A DNA stretch of 47,899 nt, the filler included, from Stramenopiles sp. TOSAG23-2 (Eukaryota), in the NCBI GenBank assembly GCA_900128395.1. It is 2 parts of 2 records of this genome, joined end to end, with 100 filler letters (N's around TTAATTAATTAA, not from the genome) between each part and the next. Parts side by side here need not be neighbours in the genome. Positions count along the whole stretch, not along the records: positions 1 to 23,916 come from LT649476.1; positions 24,017 to 47,899 come from LT649477.1. The stretch is one strand, 5' to 3'. The translations under genes and the position numbers were made by a program. Under the pieces are notes generated by a model. That model had not been told where the DNA came from, searched no databases, and saw only the letters and a program-made list of their open reading frames with translations. Numbering within the stretch: the first letter of the stretch is position 1; each line of letters opens with the position of its first letter. Shown here piece by piece: positions 23,365 to 34,684 of the stretch.

Positions 23365-23916
23365 CATTTTTGAAGTTCGAAATGAAAAAAAAGTTATCGA
23401 GAATATGTGAAAAATTCAGTACAAAAACCATCATAGGCTTGTATAGTTGTATTTTTACAGTTATGTTACAATTATTCCAACTTTAATATATTATAAAATA
23501 TCCTCATTTGTACAGTTTTAATTATGTTCGTAAAATACACTTAATAGAATGTAAACATATTTTATTTTCATATATAAATATAGGCTATGTTATTCCAACA
23601 CAGTATTGTGTTTTTGAAAATTTCATTTTTTGAAATAGATGTACGATAATTAGTATACTAATTTAATGCATATTTGATCGGAACCATGTGATGACATATT
23701 TTAAATTTTATAACTACACACTATTGAATTTTTGAACAATTTTTTGAACAAAATTTGGCTTTACTTAAATCAAGGCCAAATATTGTTGGGACTAGTAACT
23801 GGTGTGTTTTTTTTTACATACAGCAACATAATGTGCTAATATTGCCGTTCTCAAAAATCATGCCGAAAACCTTACATCGTTCAAAATCCAAAATCTGGTC
23901 TTCCACACACTTTTTT

Positions 23917-24016
23917 NNNNNNNNNNNNNNNNNNNNNNNNNNNNNNNNNNNNNNNNNNNNTTAATTAATTAANNNNNNNNNNNNNNNNNNNNNNNNNNNN
24001 NNNNNNNNNNNNNNNN
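23917..24016. other. Artificial contig linker / gap (N44-TTAATTAATTAA-N44)
   Basis: Exactly 100 nt, symmetric, with a central 12-mer that gives stop codons in all six frames. Confidence 0.95.
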
Positions 24017-24017
24017 A

Positions 24018-24617
24018 TATCATAATAAATCATTAGATATTTATATAAATAAATTAGGTAAAGATCATACTAATGTTGCAGATTCATATAATAATATAGC
24101 AAATGTTTATCAAGCACAAAATAAATATGATGAAGCATTAGAATATTATAATAAATCGTTAGATATTTGTATAAATAAATTAGGTAAAGATCATACTGAT
24201 GTTGCAATGACATATATGAATTTAGGTAATTTAAACGAAGAAAACCTTCATAATTATAAAGTTGCATTGGAATATTATCAAAAAGCAAAACCTATATACA
24301 CTAAATCACACAATGGACAATACGATGGATATTTCGATGAATCACAAAATAAATATGATGAAGCATTAGAATATTATAATAAATCATTAGATATTTATAT
24401 AAATAAATTAGGTAAAGATCATACTGATGTTGCAGCATCATATAATAATATAGGTAAATTAAACGAAGAAAACCTTCACAATTATAAAGTTGCATTGGAA
24501 TATTATCAAAAAGCAAAACCTATATACACTAAATCACACAATGGACAATACGATGGATATTTCGATGGAAGAATCCAATTTTGTAAAGATAAATTAGAAG
24601 AAGAGAGTAAAGAGTAA
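24018..24617 (+). CDS. 3' fragment of a 42-aa TPR-repeat protein (kinesin-light-chain/NPHP3-like TPRs)
   Basis: Frame is open from the gap: YHNKSLDIYINKLGKDHTNVADSYNNIANVYQAQNKYDEALEYYNKSLDI... Units are near-identical at DNA level. The capping block LNEENLHNYKVALEYYQKAKPIYTKSHNGQYDGYFD occurs twice (228-nt period). Confidence 0.88.
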   Translation, partial: YHNKSLDIYINKLGKDHTNVADSYNNIANVYQAQNKYDEALEYYNKSLDICINKLGKDHTDVAMTYMNLGNLNEENLHNYKVALEYYQKAKPIYTKSHNGQYDGYFDESQNKYDEALEYYNKSLDIYINKLGKDHTDVAASYNNIGKLNEENLHNYKVALEYYQKAKPIYTKSHNGQYDGYFDGRIQFCKDKLEEESKE

Positions 24618-24653
24618 ATCACACGCGCGCATCACGCACAGTATATGTCACCG

Positions 24654-24933
24654 AAGTATATCTGTGTATAAATAAATGCAACAAGTATTTATTACGTTTG
24701 TGTTTTGTATGCTCTCGTTCTTCCATCTTCCAGACCTCGTGTCGTGGTTCCCCCGTCTCTCCCGCCGTTCTTCACACTAAAACTTTTCCCTCCCATCATT
24801 CACAACTCACGACTTTTATCATCTTTATCATCACCACTTTTCTTCTTCTTCTTCTTCTCTTCTTGTTCCTCCCATAATAAGTATATCTGTGTATAAATAA
24901 ATGCAACAAGTATTTATTACGTTTGTGTTTTGT
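24654..24933. repeat. 55-bp perfect direct repeats flanking a 170-bp insert
   Basis: AAGTATATCTGTGTATAAAT...GTTTGTGTTTTGT at 24654-24708 and 24879-24933. Confidence 0.9.
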
Positions 24934-25060
24934 CTTTTAAAAAGTAATATTTACTGTGTATATATTTTTGTATAACACTGGTATGTATAGAGTATGAACA
25001 AAATTGTCTAATTTCTCGAAATTATGAATATCATATTAGATTTGAATTGTTTCTTATCAC

Positions 25061-25188
25061 ACTGATGACATTAGTCGTCTAGCTAGCGATTATATTGACT
25101 TGTTACCGAGAATCCGAGAATATAACTGATGACATTAGTCGTCTAGCTAGCGATTATATTGACTTGTTACCGAGAATCCGAGAATATA
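25061..25188. repeat. Perfect 64-bp tandem duplication
   Basis: ACTGATGACATTAG...CCGAGAATATA at 25061-25124 and 25125-25188. Confidence 0.92.
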
Positions 25189-25420
25189 TAGAGACGCAAC
25201 ATTATACAAAACAATAAAATTAAGTCCACGCTTTATTATTAACTATTGTTATCACATTCGTTCGATCAATAAATAAATACCACTTACAAACAAGTATACA
25301 TACAATACCACAAGCAGATAATATATAATTATCATTATTATCCGTCCAATCATTAAACATTAATTTAATATTCAAATTAAAGAGATACAATTTAATTATT
25401 AAACCAACAACAACAACAAA

Positions 25421-26941
25421 ATGAACCATTCAAACAACACCACCACCACCATCCTCCTCCTCCTCTTAACCATCCTCACCACCACCACCACCACAACCTA
25501 TGCATCCCTCACACTCCCAATCTACCGCACCGTTTCCTATCGTAACCACAAAAAATTCGAAACAAATTCAAAATACGACATACATGACGGTCCAATTATC
25601 CAACTTGGTACAACATTTTATCGATATGCTATGGCATATACAAAATGTCCATTACGTGGATATGGTTTCAACGAAACAAAACATAAAATGTTTGCTACGT
25701 TTGTTGAATCAATGACAGTATTTGGTGTTGGTTCTGGATTTGATTGTTCACAAATTGTATTAGGGACATTAGTTGGTGCTACTGGTACGTGGGGTGAAGA
25801 TTGTGGGTTTAAAACACCACATTTAGGACAAACTGTGAATATTTATAAATCAACTGATTTAACAAATTGGAAATATGTTGCAGATGCATTTACTGGTGGG
25901 CCAGATTGGTTAGTCAAAGATTCGATTATTTTTCGCCCAGCTATTGTTTATAATAAACAAAGTAAGAAATATGTCTTATGGTTAAATCGTTTACCACGTT
26001 TAAAAGATCAATTAGTTGTGAAATCATATGAAATTGCTGGTTTTGTAGTTGGTACGTCAAATTCACCAGAAGGTCCTTTTACATTTGAATCAAAGGAAGA
26101 AAATGCTATGGTACAAATGGAACATGATGGTGGTGCTGATTTTGCAATATTACAAGATGATGATTATGATGGCAATAATAATGGCAAGCAGAACAAAGCA
26201 TATATTATATATGGCGCATGGCATCATTATGGTATGGATAAATCAGATTGGAGATATGATTATTATGCTGATTGGGCAAAAGATGGACATCAAATTGCAA
26301 TACAAGAATTAGATATGGAAACATTTACAAAACCAATTGGACCAAGTATACGTATAACAACGGAAGGGCAAGAAAGTCCAAGTATATTTAAACGTAATGG
26401 TGTTTATTATGCAATACATGGTAATTTATGTTGTTTTTGTGAACGTGGTTCAGATGCAAAAGTATTAGCATCACGACATCCATTAGGACCATATAAATAT
26501 ATTACAAATTTAAATAATATTAAACCAGATAAAGATCATATTAAAGCACAAAGTAGTGGTATTATATCTGTACAAGAATACGATGGTACGATGAAATATA
26601 TATGGACAGGTGATCAATGGTTTAGTGCTAAAAATGGTATGAAAGGTAATGATCATCAATATTTTCAACCGTTAAAATTTAAAAAAGCAATGGATGGTAG
26701 TGGAATTGATATACCATATCGTGATCCATTATGGAAAGATTGTTTTGAATTGAAATTGAAGCCATCATCAGATGTTGGTGATGATAAAAAGGACAGTTAT
26801 TGCAAGGGTGGAAAAATAGCACGTGTTGCATATGATCAAGAAGTATTAGCAAAATTATGGGAGGAACAAGAAGAGAAGAAGAAGAAGAAGAACAAAGACC
26901 CTCGCGACTACACCAGAGCAACCAACACTCTCCACACTTGA
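25421..26941 (+). CDS. Secreted glycoside hydrolase family 43 (GH43_24-like beta-propeller); extreme 3' end suspect
   Basis: Signal-peptide-like N-terminus. IHDG, YKSTDLTNWKY, FRPAIVYN...YVLW, GADFAILQDDD, ESPSIFKRNGVYY, CCFC, AQ, WTGDQW and QYFQPL motifs. Confidence 0.85.
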   Translation: MNHSNNTTTTILLLLLTILTTTTTTTYASLTLPIYRTVSYRNHKKFETNSKYDIHDGPIIQLGTTFYRYAMAYTKCPLRGYGFNETKHKMFATFVESMTVFGVGSGFDCSQIVLGTLVGATGTWGEDCGFKTPHLGQTVNIYKSTDLTNWKYVADAFTGGPDWLVKDSIIFRPAIVYNKQSKKYVLWLNRLPRLKDQLVVKSYEIAGFVVGTSNSPEGPFTFESKEENAMVQMEHDGGADFAILQDDDYDGNNNGKQNKAYIIYGAWHHYGMDKSDWRYDYYADWAKDGHQIAIQELDMETFTKPIGPSIRITTEGQESPSIFKRNGVYYAIHGNLCCFCERGSDAKVLASRHPLGPYKYITNLNNIKPDKDHIKAQSSGIISVQEYDGTMKYIWTGDQWFSAKNGMKGNDHQYFQPLKFKKAMDGSGIDIPYRDPLWKDCFELKLKPSSDVGDDKKDSYCKGGKIARVAYDQEVLAKLWEEQEEKKKKKNKDPRDYTRATNTLHT

Positions 26942-26978
26942 TCCCTCTCTCTCTTTCCCCCCCCACCTTGTTTTCTGC

Positions 26979-29900
26979 TCAAACAAACGTAAAATGTTGA
27001 TACATGATATTCCTTACTTTATAATACAATTCACATAATGGACCTTCAATACTAAAATCATTTGGACCATGTTTAGTAATCGAAATACCCATTTCCGTCA
27101 TCAAGACACCACCTTCTCGTATTTCTGTTTGTACACCTAATTTTTCATTTAAATCATTTCGCATGTCTAATAAACGTAAATCACCTACACCAACAATAGT
27201 AGTTGGTTTATTTATTAATTCTTCAATTCCAACACCACCTTTACCAATCGTAACTTTTTCGGGTGCTTTTGATAATGTCAATTGTTCCATATTTAATGCA
27301 ACATGTGCAAGTTCATTTGACGATGTCGTTGTCGTCGTAATCGCATTTTTTCCAACTGCTGCATTTTGTTTCATAATTTTATTATTTTCAACATCAGAAT
27401 AAATTGCATCTAATATACCAATTTCATATGCACCTAACGTAGATATTTGCATTTTACGTAATAATTCATCATCAACGACAGTTTCAAAATATTTACTATC
27501 TGCATCGATTTTAATAATATCACGTTTATCACTTGATGGTATAAATACATTTGTATTTAAATCATCTTTCACTTCAAATCCACTGGAACTTAATATTGTC
27601 GATGCAATACTGGATAATTCATTTTGTTTCTTTTTATTACTGCTACTACTACTTTTAGCCATATCTTCTTCTTCTTCTTCTTCTGTACCAGTACCAACTA
27701 ATATTAATTTTTTTGGATTTACTTGGCGTATTAAAATACCACATGAACGATGATTTGCTAAACCTAATAATGGTGCATATTTAATTTGACATTTAATTGT
27801 TATACCACCTTTAATAATTTCTTTACGCATAATAGTTGGTATTGCATCTTCTAAATCTTCATCTTCATCTTCTTTATCTTCGTCACTGTCATCCTCGTCC
27901 ATTTCATTATTGTCTTTGTTATTTTTACTATTATTACTATTGTTATTATTATTTTTGTCACTCCCATCTGCTGTAGTCTTATTAGTAGTAGTAGTAGTAG
28001 TAGTAGTATTGGTATCACCACCATCAACATCCATTTCATTTGCACCAACAGTTGTAAATTTTTGTGTATAACGATCTAATGTATTTTGATCTAATACTTC
28101 ACCATATGCATCAAATTCAACACGTTTGACTTTAAAATTAAACATTGGATGAACTGGTTTTGCATATTGTCCAAATTGTTTTAAATCAATTTGAAAAGCA
28201 TCTTTATCTTGATTTTGATCATCTTTCACCACTTCTTCTGCACTGAATTCTAACAATTGTGCTTCAGCTTCTTTTTTCAATTGCATTGCTATACGTTCAT
28301 CTTCAATTTTTTTCTTTGCATTTTCCCAATCAATTAATTGTTGTCCACTAATTTTTTCACGTATATATTTCGTGAAATTATCAATTTTAACAGATGATTG
28401 AATACCTTGAATAATTGTTTTTCCTTGTATAATATTTTTTGCTAATTTATATGAAAGTGAGGATGGATTCGAGGATGGTTTATTTGTAAAAATAATAGTA
28501 TTATTTGGATTACTATTAAATTTCGTTTCTCCTATAATATCATGTGCATAACCATAATCCATCGTTGGACTTGTAGTAAATATTACTTTTGGTGATGGTA
28601 ATGCATCTAATTCTTGTTTTGTGCGTATAATTTCAATATATTTCAAATCAAATGCTTTAATACGTTTATCATCAAAATTATTTGTAACAGTTGTTGACAT
28701 CCATGATAATAATAAATTTGCAAAATCAATAACATTGAAACCGTTGTGATGTAATAATGCAATACGATAGGAACCTTTTGATTTTAATTTACCCCTGTTT
28801 TGTGTGTGTTGCGTGTGTGTGTGTATTTGGTGGTGTTAGTGGTTGTTTTTGGTGTGTGTTTGTGTGTGTGTGTGTGTGTGTTTCTATATAAATATATAAT
28901 ATAAACATAATTATAAACTTACCATTCTTGATCGAAAAATAATAATAATTCTAATAAACGTGTTGAACTATCTGTTGGAAACAATACATCACCACCACTA
29001 CGTAATGTGGATAATACAGTTGATATAATATCTTTTTCAATATTGACTCTTGTATTTGTATTGTTTTTGTTTGGTTTTGAAGAAATATTAATACATTTGT
29101 TTAAATGCAATGGATTACGTACACCACATATCATTAACGCAGGTTTTTTCAATGTATTTAATAAGGTTGGATTTAAATGTCGTTCTTTTGCATGATTTAT
29201 ATCAATTGCATAGACAATACTTTCAATTTCTTTTGATATACGCCATACTGCACCACCTGTATATATATATATATATATGTAATTTTTTTTGTTAGAGTTA
29301 AATATATATTTTTTTTTATTTTGAATAGAAAGATAACATACCAAGTGTATGCCCAGCACTAAATGGTGTAATGGTCATGGAACCTTTTTCTAAACCAGTA
29401 ATAGTTAAATTTTGACGATAATTTAATGGTATAGATTTTTCACGAAAACAATATTCAATATCTTCAACAGTAAATAATTGTTTATTTTCATCTTCTTCCT
29501 CCTCGTTAATATCATCATCATCCATATCGTTTTTTTTCACTAATAATGTATCACGTCCACTCCATCCACGATTAAATAATGCATCTAATAAACACATTTC
29601 ACCTAAACGTTGTGCTGGTATTGTTAAATATACTGGTGGATTTTTTTTAAAATCAAATTGTTTTAATGCATATGGTAATGCACCAATATGATTTAAATCA
29701 CCATGACTAATTAATATCAAATCAACTTTAGATGCAATATTACGTAATGGTTCCAATATATTAATATCAAATGTTTCATCCCAACCACAATCTAATAATA
29801 TAGTAACACTATCGGTTTCCAATAAAAAACATACAGGCCCATCTGTTTGTGCACCATATAATGGTTGAAATATATGGTGTGATAGTTTTGAGGATGGTGT

Positions 29901-30269
29901 TGTTGGTGTTGTCATGATAATTTCTGGTTTGATTGTCGTATTCATCTTGTTTTGTTTTGTTTTTATTTTTGATATTGTTGGTTGTAGTTGTTCCTCTTTT
30001 GTTTTGGTGGTAGATGATTCAGTTTCAATATCCATGTTGTTGTTGTTGTTTGATTGTTCTTCTTCGTTGTCGTCGTCGTCATCATCATCGTCATCTTGTG
30101 GTTGTTTTTCCATTTCTATGGATTCTTCTAAACGTTTGATTAATGCAGCTTTTAAACCACTCGTTTCTAATTTTCTTTTTTTTAATTCTTTTTTTAAATC
30201 ATTGACTTTTAATACTTTTGGATTAATTGTACCACCTGGTGTATGTTTATTTACTTTTTTCTTCGGCAT
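26979..30269 (-). CDS. CPSF2: CPSF subunit 2 (CPSF100) with N-terminal SAP domain (~1025 aa); exons 30269-29342, 29256-28923, 28794-26979
   Basis: ILLDCGWDETFD, LISHGDLNHIGALPY, spliced AGHTLGGAVWRI, YAIDINHAKERHLN, LR.GGDVLFPTDSSTRLLEL, FDAYGE, IEGPLCELYYKVR.IMY. Introns 29257-29341 and 28795-28922 are GT-AG and frame-preserving. Confidence 0.95.
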
Positions 30270-30365
30270 GTTTTTTTTTTTGTTCTTTGTTATGATGTGC
30301 TTTAATATTGTATATGATTGATTTGTATGTAACTATAAATTATTAATACAATATAATATATCTTA

Positions 30366-30606
30366 TGTTCAATGTATTCTATTCTTATACCGTAAATTAT
30401 TTTTAAAATTAATATAATATAATTATATAATACGGTCGGTGTATAGAATTATTTCTATGATGATTGTTACGTCCAATAATATAATTGTTCAATGTATTCT
30501 ATTCTTATACCGTAAATTATTTTTAAAATTAATATAATATTAATTATATAATACGGTCGGTGTATAGAATTATTTCTGTGATGATTGTTACGTCCAATAA
30601 TATAAT
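30366..30606. repeat. ~120-bp tandem duplication with two differences
   Basis: 30366-30485 and 30486-30606 differ by one indel and one A/G substitution. Confidence 0.9.
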
Positions 30607-31354
30607 ATTATAAATCTATCTATTAGAAGACACACAAATTATATGTATTTCTGATTGTTTCACACGCGCAGAGAGAGAGAGATATATATATAGTAAGTTG
30701 TACAATACAATACGTTTTATACAGCTAGCTGGATGGATAGATAAAGCTACTACTCATCAAGATGCATTCATTCATTATTACTACCTGTATGGACTGCTTT
30801 CTATCTATCTAAGTGACGACAATGGACAATAATGGACCCAAATCAACCGGACTTACAAATATTGGATCATCAAAAAATCAATTTAAAAAAAGGAATTTTT
30901 TGTGAATTTTTTGTTTTTTTTTTAAATATATAACTAGACACATATATATAACTACACAAAGATATATTACTATGTAATAAAATCGGATATATTTTTGTTA
31001 AAAATATCAATAATCGGCATATCTGGAGTCATCCCAACCAAATTTCTAGAACCCTACTCTACAACTCTATCATTGTGCTATTCCTATGCTAGGATTTGTC
31101 GATGAATAAAAACGATGTTGATGCGGTGTCCATATCCAGCTGCTGCTGCTGTGTGCTGTGGTGCTGTGCTGCTGTGCTGCTGTGTCGATGTAATAAAAAC
31201 GATGGTCAATGCCGTGTCTCCCATTCATCTAATGCTGTGTCCATACTACCTCCATCACACCATTCAAGCCCAGCACCCAGCACCAAGAATCATCCTCCAT
31301 AACACAACATACAAAAAACATCATAAAAACTACTATTTATCATGGCTAGAAATG

Positions 31355-31492
31355 AACAATAAACAAGTAGTTGGAAAGGCAGAGAGGGGTTTGGTTGTTT
31401 GGTTAATAGTAGTAATAATAATAAACAATAAACAAGTAGTTGGAAAGGCAGAGAGGGGTTTGGTTGTTTGGTTAATAGTAGTAATAATAATA
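31355..31492. repeat. 69-bp tandem duplication upstream of NAA10
   Basis: AACAATAAACAAGTAGTTGGAAAGGCAGAGAGGGG...AATAATA at 31355 and 31424. Confidence 0.9.
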
Positions 31493-31574
31493 ATAATAAT
31501 AACTGCCAAGATTTGATTGATTGATCGAAGTTTTAGTAATAGTAGTAGTAGTACTTTATATATACCCCCCCACC

Positions 31575-32120
31575 ATGGTATCCATACGACGTGCGACGTT
31601 AAATGATATTATCAATATGCAAGATGCTAATTTACATTGTTTACCAGAAAATTATCAAATGAAATATTATTTATATCATATATTGACTTGGCCACAATTA
31701 TTATACGTAGCAGAAGATCATAATCGACATGTTGTTGGGTACGTATTGGCAAAAATGGAAGAAGATTTAAAAAAAGATGATAAACCACATGGACATATTA
31801 CTAGTTTAGCCGTATTGCGTACACATAGGAAACAAGGTTTAGCAAGTCGTTTAATGCGTTGTGCACAACGTGCTATGCAAGAAGCATTTAAAGCGGAATA
31901 TGTTAGTTTACATGTTCGGGAGAGTAATTATGGTGCGTTTCATTTATACAATGAAACATTAAAATATGAAATACGTAGTGTTGAGGCAAAATATTATGCC
32001 GATGGGGAAGATGCATATGATATGAAAAAAACATTTACAGAAGAAACGTTTAAATCATTAAAAACAGATAAGCAATTAAAAAGTGAAATAGATGAAGAGT
32101 TAAAATTAATTGGGTTTTAA
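31575..32120 (+). CDS. NAA10: N-alpha-acetyltransferase 10 (NatA catalytic subunit, ARD1)
   Basis: [93 protein letters not shown] at 31575 is in a CACCATGG context. Confidence 0.97.
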   Translation: MVSIRRATLNDIINMQDANLHCLPENYQMKYYLYHILTWPQLLYVAEDHNRHVVGYVLAKMEEDLKKDDKPHGHITSLAVLRTHRKQGLASRLMRCAQRAMQEAFKAEYVSLHVRESNYGAFHLYNETLKYEIRSVEAKYYADGEDAYDMKKTFTEETFKSLKTDKQLKSEIDEELKLIGF

Positions 32121-32554
32121 AAAAATTTAAAATGTTAAACATTTTAATAAAAATGAAATACACGAGTAAATATTTTAAAAAAAGTAATATATTATCTTAT
32201 CACGTAGCCTCCACCCTCCTCGCATTCAGACTCACCCCACATATCTCCATCAACCGGGGTCTCTCAACTCTCAACCTCGCACGCACTCAAACACACTGCA
32301 CACACACTGCACACACATTCTCCACACTGGAAACTGAAAACTCTCTCTCTACCCTCTGCCTCTCACAACCTTCTCGTCTCTACTATGCGATGTATTATAT
32401 ATTTGCAAAGTACTATATCGCCATCATCATCATCAACAACAACACATATATATCATACTATACGACTGACTTTCACTTGTGGATCCATTATCATCCCCCC
32501 GTTGTTGTTGTTGTTGTTGTTAATAGTATTAAAATCACTCTACTACTATATTCG

Positions 32555-34684
32555 TTATGCGATAGTATTTGCATTACTATCATCATCAAACAACATAGTA
32601 CAACTAGTTTCACTTGGACCCATCATCATCATCATCATCCCCGCCCCATTGTTGTTGTTGTTACTATTATTATTAGTAGTAGTAGTATTGACATTACTAT
32701 TTGTTTCTGTCTCTACAACAACAACAACATCATTATCATCATCCACAATCATTGCATTTTCATCAGTTACATCAACCACCGCACTATTACTACTATCCGC
32801 ATTATTATTCTCTTTTTCTTCTTCTTCTTCTTCTACTACAACAACAACTGCTGCTTCCTCCTCTTCCGCAACTTCTTCTTCAATATCTACCATATAATAA
32901 TTACTTTTTTCTTTCCATATTTGTAATACATTATCTTCACCAACACTACATAAAACATTTGGATCATTTAAATTAAATGAAATATCATTCACACCCATTG
33001 TATGTCCACAATGTATAAAACGTACGCAATGTTTCGAATCGTCATCATCATCATTTCCATTCTTCATTTGTGATAAATCCCACATAATTACTTTACGATC
33101 ATTACCACTACTTGCTAATGTATATTCATCATGTGGTGAAAAACGTATACTATAAATTGCATCGGTATGATTTTTTAAGATATGTAATGGTATTACATTC
33201 TTGTTACTAGTACCAACACATGAACGAATATCCCATATATTAATATGATTATCTGCACCACCAGTTGCAAAGATATATTGATTAAAGCTATTGAATTGTA
33301 TACAATTAATTTCTTTATTATTGTGTTGGTTTTCTAAATGTATAATTGGTTTTAAATTGTCGATGTTCTCTTCGTCGTCGTTGTTTTCTGGTGTAATATT
33401 TGTTGCCATTGTATAATTCCAAATATTAATAGTACTATCATCACCAACTGTACCAAATAATGATGGATGTACACTATGCCATTGTACATCATTAATAACA
33501 CCATTATGTGCATTACACATACGTTTAAATGGTTTGTCCACAACTATCGTTTCTTTATCACCACCTTTAATATCTTGTACGGGTATTTGATATAAACATA
33601 TTGTACCATCATCACTTGCAGATAATAACATACCTTTCGTAGTATGTGACCATGCCAATGCATATCCACTACTTTGATGTCCTTTTAATATCATTTCTGG
33701 ACGTGTTGTATGTATATCTATTGGTGTGGATGGATGTTTACCAATATGAAAGATATAAACGTTTGGATCAATGGTGGTGGTGGTTGTCGTATTATCATCA
33801 TGTTCTTCATCAATAATCACGTCGTCATCATCAACTTTGTTTTCATCTGTTGTAGCTGTTGTTGTTGTAGATATATCTTGTTCTTCTTCTTCTTCTTCTA
33901 TAATAATTTTTTTATTTTCATTATTATCAGTATTCATCTTCTTGGACGTTGTAATTCCACCAGATTTTGTTGCAATGATTAATGGTTCTTGTGGCATATA
34001 ACGTGCAATATTAATACTACCAGGATGATTAATTTTAACTTCTGCTTTATACATGGCTTGTACACCACCATATCCACCTTTAATACATTTTAATGTTGAA
34101 GTATTCTTGTTCTCGTCGGTAATATCCATAGCATTATTATTATTATTATTATCATGTTCATCACCATTTGCTACTATTAATACTTCTTCTTTTTTCTTAA
34201 TTGGATAATGTTTATCTTTTTGTATCACTGCATTATTTTTTGGTAAATATATTTGTGTCAATAATAATTGATTCATTTCATCGTTAGATGTATGTGTACC
34301 TAATAATAATTTATGTTGCGTATGTGATTTCGTATTGATTTGATGTGGTAAGAATTGACAAGTTAAAGATGGCCATTCTAAATCATGGGATACTAATACA
34401 TCATATAAATATGGTGTATTTTTTTTCCATATAAAATATTCTTCGTTGATTTGTTGATCTTCTTCTGATAATTCTGGTTGTTGTTGACCAAAAGCTGGTG
34501 TGTTTGATCGGCTGCTGTTGTTGTTGTTGTTACCTCCGTTACGATTTTTGAATTTATTCACAATATCGTCGTGAGTATCATTGTTATCATTCATATCATC
34601 GTATTGTATACTTGTAAATGCATTATTACCATCTTGTATAGGTTGCATAAATTCTGGTGGTGGTGGTAATGAAAATGTTGCCAT
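32555..34684 (-). CDS. RBBP4: Histone-binding WD40 protein of the RBBP4/MSI1/Hat2 family
   Basis: INEEYFIWKKNTPYLYD..HDLEWPSLTCQ, LLLGTHTS, INHPGSINIARYMPQ, LKGHQSSGYALAWS, FIHCGHT, VGEDNVLQIW. Low-complexity inserts and an acidic tail. Confidence 0.92.
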   Translation of the reverse strand: MATFSLPPPPEFMQPIQDGNNAFTSIQYDDMNDNNDTHDDIVNKFKNRNGGNNNNNSSRSNTPAFGQQQPELSEEDQQINEEYFIWKKNTPYLYDVLVSHDLEWPSLTCQFLPHQINTKSHTQHKLLLGTHTSNDEMNQLLLTQIYLPKNNAVIQKDKHYPIKKKEEVLIVANGDEHDNNNNNNAMDITDENKNTSTLKCIKGGYGGVQAMYKAEVKINHPGSINIARYMPQEPLIIATKSGGITTSKKMNTDNNENKKIIIEEEEEEQDISTTTTATTDENKVDDDDVIIDEEHDDNTTTTTTIDPNVYIFHIGKHPSTPIDIHTTRPEMILKGHQSSGYALAWSHTTKGMLLSASDDGTICLYQIPVQDIKGGDKETIVVDKPFKRMCNAHNGVINDVQWHSVHPSLFGTVGDDSTINIWNYTMATNITPENNDDEENIDNLKPIIHLENQHNNKEINCIQFNSFNQYIFATGGADNHINIWDIRSCVGTSNKNVIPLHILKNHTDAIYSIRFSPHDEYTLASSGNDRKVIMWDLSQMKNGNDDDDDSKHCVRFIHCGHTMGVNDISFNLNDPNVLCSVGEDNVLQIWKEKSNYYMVDIEEEVAEEEEAAVVVVVEEEEEEKENNNADSSNSAVVDVTDENAMIVDDDNDVVVVVETETNSNVNTTTTNNNSNNNNNGAGMMMMMMGPSETSCTMLFDDDSNANTIA

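Noticed and set aside
23961-23972. TTAATTAATTAA as a biological palindrome or piggyBac target
   Set aside because: It is centred in symmetric N runs and is a synthetic six-frame-stop linker.
32132-32976. Plus-strand ORFs of 264, 170 and 91 aa
   Set aside because: They are antisense shadows of the low-complexity RBBP4 tail and its 3' flank, with no protein-like features.
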